64,000 nucleotides of DNA from Desulfobacterium sp. (GTDB taxonomy: Bacteria; Desulfobacterota; Desulfobacteria; Desulfobacterales; Desulfobacteraceae). The position numbers and the translations under genes are program-made. Positions within the stretch are counted from its first letter, which is position 1. Each line of letters begins with the position of its first letter. The stretch covers positions 35,106-99,105 of the forward strand of contig JAEINR010000003.1 of NCBI GenBank assembly GCA_016342325.1. Reading direction: 5' to 3'. Under the pieces are notes generated by a model. That model saw only the letters and a list, made by a program, of their open reading frames with translations. It had not been told where the DNA came from and ran no database searches. Shown piece by piece: positions 59,833-64,000 of this stretch.

Positions 59833-60990
59833 ATGAAAATACATGAGTACCAGGCAAAGGAGTTGTTCAGGACCTTTGGTGTGCCTGTCCCGGACGGAAG
59901 CGTGGCCTTTTCCGTGGAAGAGGCCGTGGAAGTCGCCAAGGGGCTTGGGAGTTATCCTGTCGTAGTCAAGGCCCAGATCCATGCCGGGGGCCGGGGAAAG
60001 GGCGGGGGCGTCAAACTTGCCGCATCCGAGGACGAAGCAATGGGTTTTGCCGACGATATCCTTGGCATGACGCTTGTGACCCACCAGACCGGCCCTGAAG
60101 GAAGGGTCGTGAATAAGCTGTTGGTGGAAGCGGGCCAGGAGATCGCAACGGAGTTATATCTGAGTCTCCTGGTGGACAGGGCCACGGCCGGTATCGTGAT
60201 CATGGCCAGCCAGGAAGGGGGTATGGATATTGAAGAGGTTGCGGCCTCAACCCCGGAAAAAATCATCAAGGTGAGGGTCGATCCCCTCACGGGCATCCAG
60301 GGCTACCATTTGAGGGAGGTAGGGTTCGGTCTTGGTTTGCCAAAGGCCGCCCTTAGGGAATTTTCAACGCTGCTCAAAAATCTTTACACCCTGTTTGTTA
60401 AAAATGACTGCTCCCTTTTGGAGATCAATCCCTTGATTCTTACCAAGGATGACAGGGTTATGGCGTTGGACGCCAAGGTGGATATCGATTCCAACGCCCT
60501 GTTTCGCCATAGATCGCTCCTGGATCTCAGGGATCTTGACGAGGAGGATCCCCTGGAGGTGGAGGCTTCCAATTTTAATCTCAACTACATTAACCTTGAC
60601 GGCAACGTGGGCAACATCGTCAACGGTGCAGGCCTTGCCATGGCCACCATGGATATCATCAAGAACGCAGGGGCTGAACCGGCTAACTTCATGGATGTGG
60701 GGGGGGGAGCCACGGCCGAGATGGTGGAGAATGCCTTAAGGATAATCCTCAAGGACGAAAAGGTAAAAGCGGTGCTTATCAACATCTTCGGCGGCATTCT
60801 GCGCTGTGACGTTTTTGCCGAGGGCATTGTCGCAGCCGCCCAAAAGGTCGGTATTACCATTCCCGTTGTTGTCCGTATGGAAGGGACCAATGTGGAAAAG
60901 GGCAAAGAGATCCTTGCTGTTTCCGGTCTTAACCTGATCAATGCCGTGGACTTAAAGGATGCAGCCGAAAAGGTTGCAGCAGCCATATAA
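59833..60990 (+). CDS. sucC: Succinyl-CoA synthetase beta subunit
   Basis: [54 protein letters not shown]. Confidence 0.96.
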   Translation: MKIHEYQAKELFRTFGVPVPDGSVAFSVEEAVEVAKGLGSYPVVVKAQIHAGGRGKGGGVKLAASEDEAMGFADDILGMTLVTHQTGPEGRVVNKLLVEAGQEIATELYLSLLVDRATAGIVIMASQEGGMDIEEVAASTPEKIIKVRVDPLTGIQGYHLREVGFGLGLPKAALREFSTLLKNLYTLFVKNDCSLLEINPLILTKDDRVMALDAKVDIDSNALFRHRSLLDLRDLDEEDPLEVEASNFNLNYINLDGNVGNIVNGAGLAMATMDIIKNAGAEPANFMDVGGGATAEMVENALRIILKDEKVKAVLINIFGGILRCDVFAEGIVAAAQKVGITIPVVVRMEGTNVEKGKEILAVSGLNLINAVDLKDAAEKVAAAI

Positions 60991-61063
60991 ATCATATCGG
61001 GCTGAAACTTAAGCAAAAATTCCAGCTTGAGCAAAAGCCCGATCCAGCCATGGGGAGAACGTT

Positions 61064-61933
61064 TTGAGTATATTTGTGAATAAAGAAACAAGGCTAGTTG
61101 TCCAGGGAATCACGGGCAAGGAAGGCCAGTTCCATACAAGGCAGTGCATCGAGTATGGCACCAATGTGGTTGCCGGGGTCACCCCCGGCAAGGGCGGCCA
61201 GACCATGGACAAGGTACCGGTATTCAATACGGTCCGGTCTGCGGTTGAGGCAACAGGGGCCAACACGAGCATGATATTTGTTCCCCCGCCGTTCTGTGCC
61301 GATGCCATCATGGAGGCGGCGGACAGCGGGGTTGCACTTATCATTGCCATCACCGAGGGCATTCCCGTGCTCGACATGGTGAAAGTGAAGAATTTTTTGG
61401 CCACAAAGACCTGTCGGCTTATCGGGCCTAACTGTCCGGGCATCATCACCCCCGGAGAGTGCAAGATCGGCATCATGCCGGGCAAGATCCATTTGGCAGG
61501 AGGACCTGTGGGGGTGATTTCCCGGTCAGGAACCCTCACCTACGAGGTGGTGGATCAGCTCACCAAGCTTGGCATTGGCCAGACCACCTGCATCGGTATT
61601 GGCGGTGATCCCGTGAACGGTACCAACTTTATTGATGTCCTTGGGGCCTTTGAGAACGATCCCGATACCCAGGCGATTGTCATGGTCGGCGAGATCGGGG
61701 GCAACGCAGAAGAGGAGGCCGCCGCCTACATCAAGGCCCATGTGACCAAGCCTGTGGTGGGATTCATCGCAGGGTTGACAGCCCCTCCCGGAAGAACAAT
61801 GGGCCATGCCGGCGCCATCATCAGCGGCAACAGCGGCACGGGCCAGGCCAAGATCGAAGCCATGGAGCAGAACGGTATTCGGGTCTGCAAGAACCTCGGT
61901 ACCATTGGAGAAACTTGTAAAGAGTTTTTTTAA
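61064..61933 (+). CDS. sucD: Succinyl-CoA synthetase alpha subunit
   Basis: [37 protein letters not shown]; TTG start. Confidence 0.96.
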   Translation: MSIFVNKETRLVVQGITGKEGQFHTRQCIEYGTNVVAGVTPGKGGQTMDKVPVFNTVRSAVEATGANTSMIFVPPPFCADAIMEAADSGVALIIAITEGIPVLDMVKVKNFLATKTCRLIGPNCPGIITPGECKIGIMPGKIHLAGGPVGVISRSGTLTYEVVDQLTKLGIGQTTCIGIGGDPVNGTNFIDVLGAFENDPDTQAIVMVGEIGGNAEEEAAAYIKAHVTKPVVGFIAGLTAPPGRTMGHAGAIISGNSGTGQAKIEAMEQNGIRVCKNLGTIGETCKEFF

Positions 61934-61973
61934 TATTGGGTATTGAGTAGTGGGTCGGTTCAGAGTTTAACAT

Positions 61974-62054
61974 TATTGCTCTGGTCAGGCCAATTGATAC
62001 CGATACGTATAAATAATGGCAAGATCGGCATCATGTCATTTGACCGGTACTATA
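61974..62054 (-). mobile_element. MITE-like repeat family B, copy 4 (81 bp)
   Basis: Reverse complement reads TATAGTACCGGTCAAATGACATGATGCC...GGTATCAATTGGCCTGACCAGAGCAATA. Confidence 0.72.
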
Positions 62055-62105
62055 ACATATGACGGCAGATGCGCCAACCAGGACGTCTGTCGTCAAGGAG
62101 AATAG

Positions 62106-62930
62106 ATGGAACGCTTGATAGTCAACGATGGAATCAAAAAGAGCAAAATCCCGGCACGGCTGGACCTTGCCCAGAGCGGCACCGGCCTTGTGCTCGGGCT
62201 GTTCATGTGGGTTCACATGTGCCTGGTGGGAAGTATTGTGCTGGGAAAAGGCTCTTTCAACTTTGTGGCAAAAACCATGGAACTCTCGTTCCTTTCCAGC
62301 ACGGGACACGGATACCCCTCGGTCGTATTTTTTGCGGTGCTTGGCGTGTTCTCGCTCTTTATCATCCATGCCGCCCTGGGGGTGAGGAAGTTTCCCATCT
62401 CCTGGAAGGAGCACACCATCATCCGGTCCCAGATGGGCATGATGAAACACAGTGACACCAACCTCTGGTACTGGCAGGTGGTCACTGGATTTATCATGTT
62501 TTTCCTGGGATCCGCTCATCTCTTTATCATGCTCACCCATCCCGGCCAGATCGATCCCTATCTCTCTGCGGATCGGGTATTTTCTTCACACATGTGGCCC
62601 CTCTATCTTGTGCTCCTGGTTTGCGTGGAACTCCACGGCACCATCGGGCTCTACAGGCTTTGCATGAAGTGGGGCTGGTTTGGGGGCAAGGATCCGGTTA
62701 AGTCCAGAAAAAGGCTTAAGATGCTCAAGAACCGGATCACGATCTTTCTTCTTAGCCTTGGATTGATCGCCCTCCTGGTTTTCTTCATCATCGGATGGCG
62801 CCACAGCGACCGTGTGGGAGAGCCCTACAACCTGGGCCACATCACGGTTATAGCCGGGACGGCCCCCGACCTTTCCGTTGTCCCTGGGGAACCGGAAGCC
62901 AATGATCACACGATATCAAACGAGGAGTAA
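62106..62930 (+). CDS. frdC: Fumarate reductase/succinate dehydrogenase diheme cytochrome b subunit
   Basis: DLAQSGTGL..FMWVHM, IIHAALGVRKFP, SAHL, ELHGTIGLYR (four His); 5 TM; Wolinella FrdC type. Confidence 0.9.
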   Translation: MERLIVNDGIKKSKIPARLDLAQSGTGLVLGLFMWVHMCLVGSIVLGKGSFNFVAKTMELSFLSSTGHGYPSVVFFAVLGVFSLFIIHAALGVRKFPISWKEHTIIRSQMGMMKHSDTNLWYWQVVTGFIMFFLGSAHLFIMLTHPGQIDPYLSADRVFSSHMWPLYLVLLVCVELHGTIGLYRLCMKWGWFGGKDPVKSRKRLKMLKNRITIFLLSLGLIALLVFFIIGWRHSDRVGEPYNLGHITVIAGTAPDLSVVPGEPEANDHTISNEE

Positions 62931-62933
62931 TCG

Positions 62934-64000
62934 ATGAAAGTCATATATACGGATTCACTTGTCATCGGTGGCGGTCTTGCAGGATTGAGAATCGCCATCG
63001 CATCCAGGCAGCGGGGGTATGATACCATTGTCCTCTCCCTCATGCCTGCAAAACGTTCCCATTCGGCAGCGGCCCAGGGCGGCATGCAGGCAAGCCTGGG
63101 TGCCAGCATCAAGGGCGAGGGCGATAACGAAGAGGTCCATTTCGAAGACACGGTCAAGGGCAGTGACTGGGGGTGTGACCAGGACGTTGCCAGGATGTTC
63201 GTTAACACAGCCCCCAAGGCGATCCGCCAGCTCACGGCCTGGGGCGTTCCCTGGAGCCGGGTCAGAAAAGGCGACCGCCAGGTGGTGATCAACGGCAAGA
63301 AGGTGACCATCACCGAGAAGGGCGAGGCCCACGGGCTTATCACCTCCCGGGATTTCGGGGGCACCAAAAAGTGGCGGACCTGCTTCACCAGTGACGGTAC
63401 CGGCCACACCATGCTCTACGCCATGGACAACAAGGCCATAGAGCTCGGTATCCCCGTCCACGAGAGAAAGGAGGCCATCGCCCTTATCCACGAAGATGGT
63501 GTTTGCTACGGTGCCGTTGTAAGGGATCTTGTCACAGGGGAACTCACCGCCTACGTGGCCAAGGCCACCACCATTGCCACCGGCGGTTACGGCCGGCTCT
63601 ACGCCGTGACCACCAATGCCGTGATCTCCGAGGGCATCGGCACGGCCATCGCCCTTGAGACCGGGGTGGCAACCCTGGGTAACATGGAGGCGGTCCAGTT
63701 CCATCCCACGGCCATCGTACCCGTGGGCATCCTCACCACCGAAGGGTGCCGGGGAGACGGGGGCCTGCTCCTGGACAAGGAAGGGTATCGGTTCATGCCG
63801 GACTACGAGCCGGACAAGAAAGAGCTTGCCTCACGGGACGTGGTTTCCCGGCGCATGACCGAGCATATGAGAAAGGGCAAGGGCGTTTCGTCACGGTACG
63901 GAGACCATCTGTGGCTGGATATCACCTTGCTGGGTAAAGAGCATATCAATAAAAACCTGAGGGAGGTCAAGGAGATCTGCGAATATTTCCTTGGCATCGA
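62934..64000 (+). CDS. frdA: Fumarate reductase/succinate dehydrogenase flavoprotein (3' truncated by window edge; absent from ORF track)
   Basis: GGAG RBS; [27 protein letters not shown] (FAD His), [34 protein letters not shown]. Confidence 0.94.
   Translation, partial: MKVIYTDSLVIGGGLAGLRIAIASRQRGYDTIVLSLMPAKRSHSAAAQGGMQASLGASIKGEGDNEEVHFEDTVKGSDWGCDQDVARMFVNTAPKAIRQLTAWGVPWSRVRKGDRQVVINGKKVTITEKGEAHGLITSRDFGGTKKWRTCFTSDGTGHTMLYAMDNKAIELGIPVHERKEAIALIHEDGVCYGAVVRDLVTGELTAYVAKATTIATGGYGRLYAVTTNAVISEGIGTAIALETGVATLGNMEAVQFHPTAIVPVGILTTEGCRGDGGLLLDKEGYRFMPDYEPDKKELASRDVVSRRMTEHMRKGKGVSSRYGDHLWLDITLLGKEHINKNLREVKEICEYFLGI

Overview
Bacterial chromosomal segment of about 55% GC. Gene content suggests a sulfate-reducing Desulfobacterota, probably Desulfobacteraceae (inference). 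Left (1-21 kb): a two-component pair, an Sfp-type phosphopantetheinyl transferase (PPTase), an MCP-CheW-CheA-CheY cassette, an ADP-forming acyl-CoA ligase, a ferritin-like protein, fadH, a CTERM-anchored surface protein, a SNF2 ATPase, an Fe-S protein and a 'mobile mystery' HTH/Fic pair. Centre (22-36.5 kb): a single 3,877-aa Pfa-like iterative PKS/FAS (ER*-ER-KS-KS*-AT-KS-ACPx4-KR-DH), a divergent sigma54 activator and a YihG/PlsC acyltransferase. Right: MshEN-FapA, an IspH-UbiA fusion, parAB, yjbQ, an M48 protease, an orphan EF-G, a DUF6125/DUF2889/PHP/DUF169-CoaE operon, then a methylmalonyl-CoA pathway cluster (carboxyltransferases, SatP, epimerase, mutase, MeaB, SucCD, FrdC, start of FrdA). 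The most striking observation is that all four ACP domains of the megasynthase, and a detached relic copy, carry Thr (LGIDT, codon ACG) instead of the normally invariant phosphopantetheine-accepting Ser, with a candidate cognate PPTase in the same window. Two dispersed intergenic repeat families (four copies each) were found by eye. All family assignments come from motif recognition; no database search was run.
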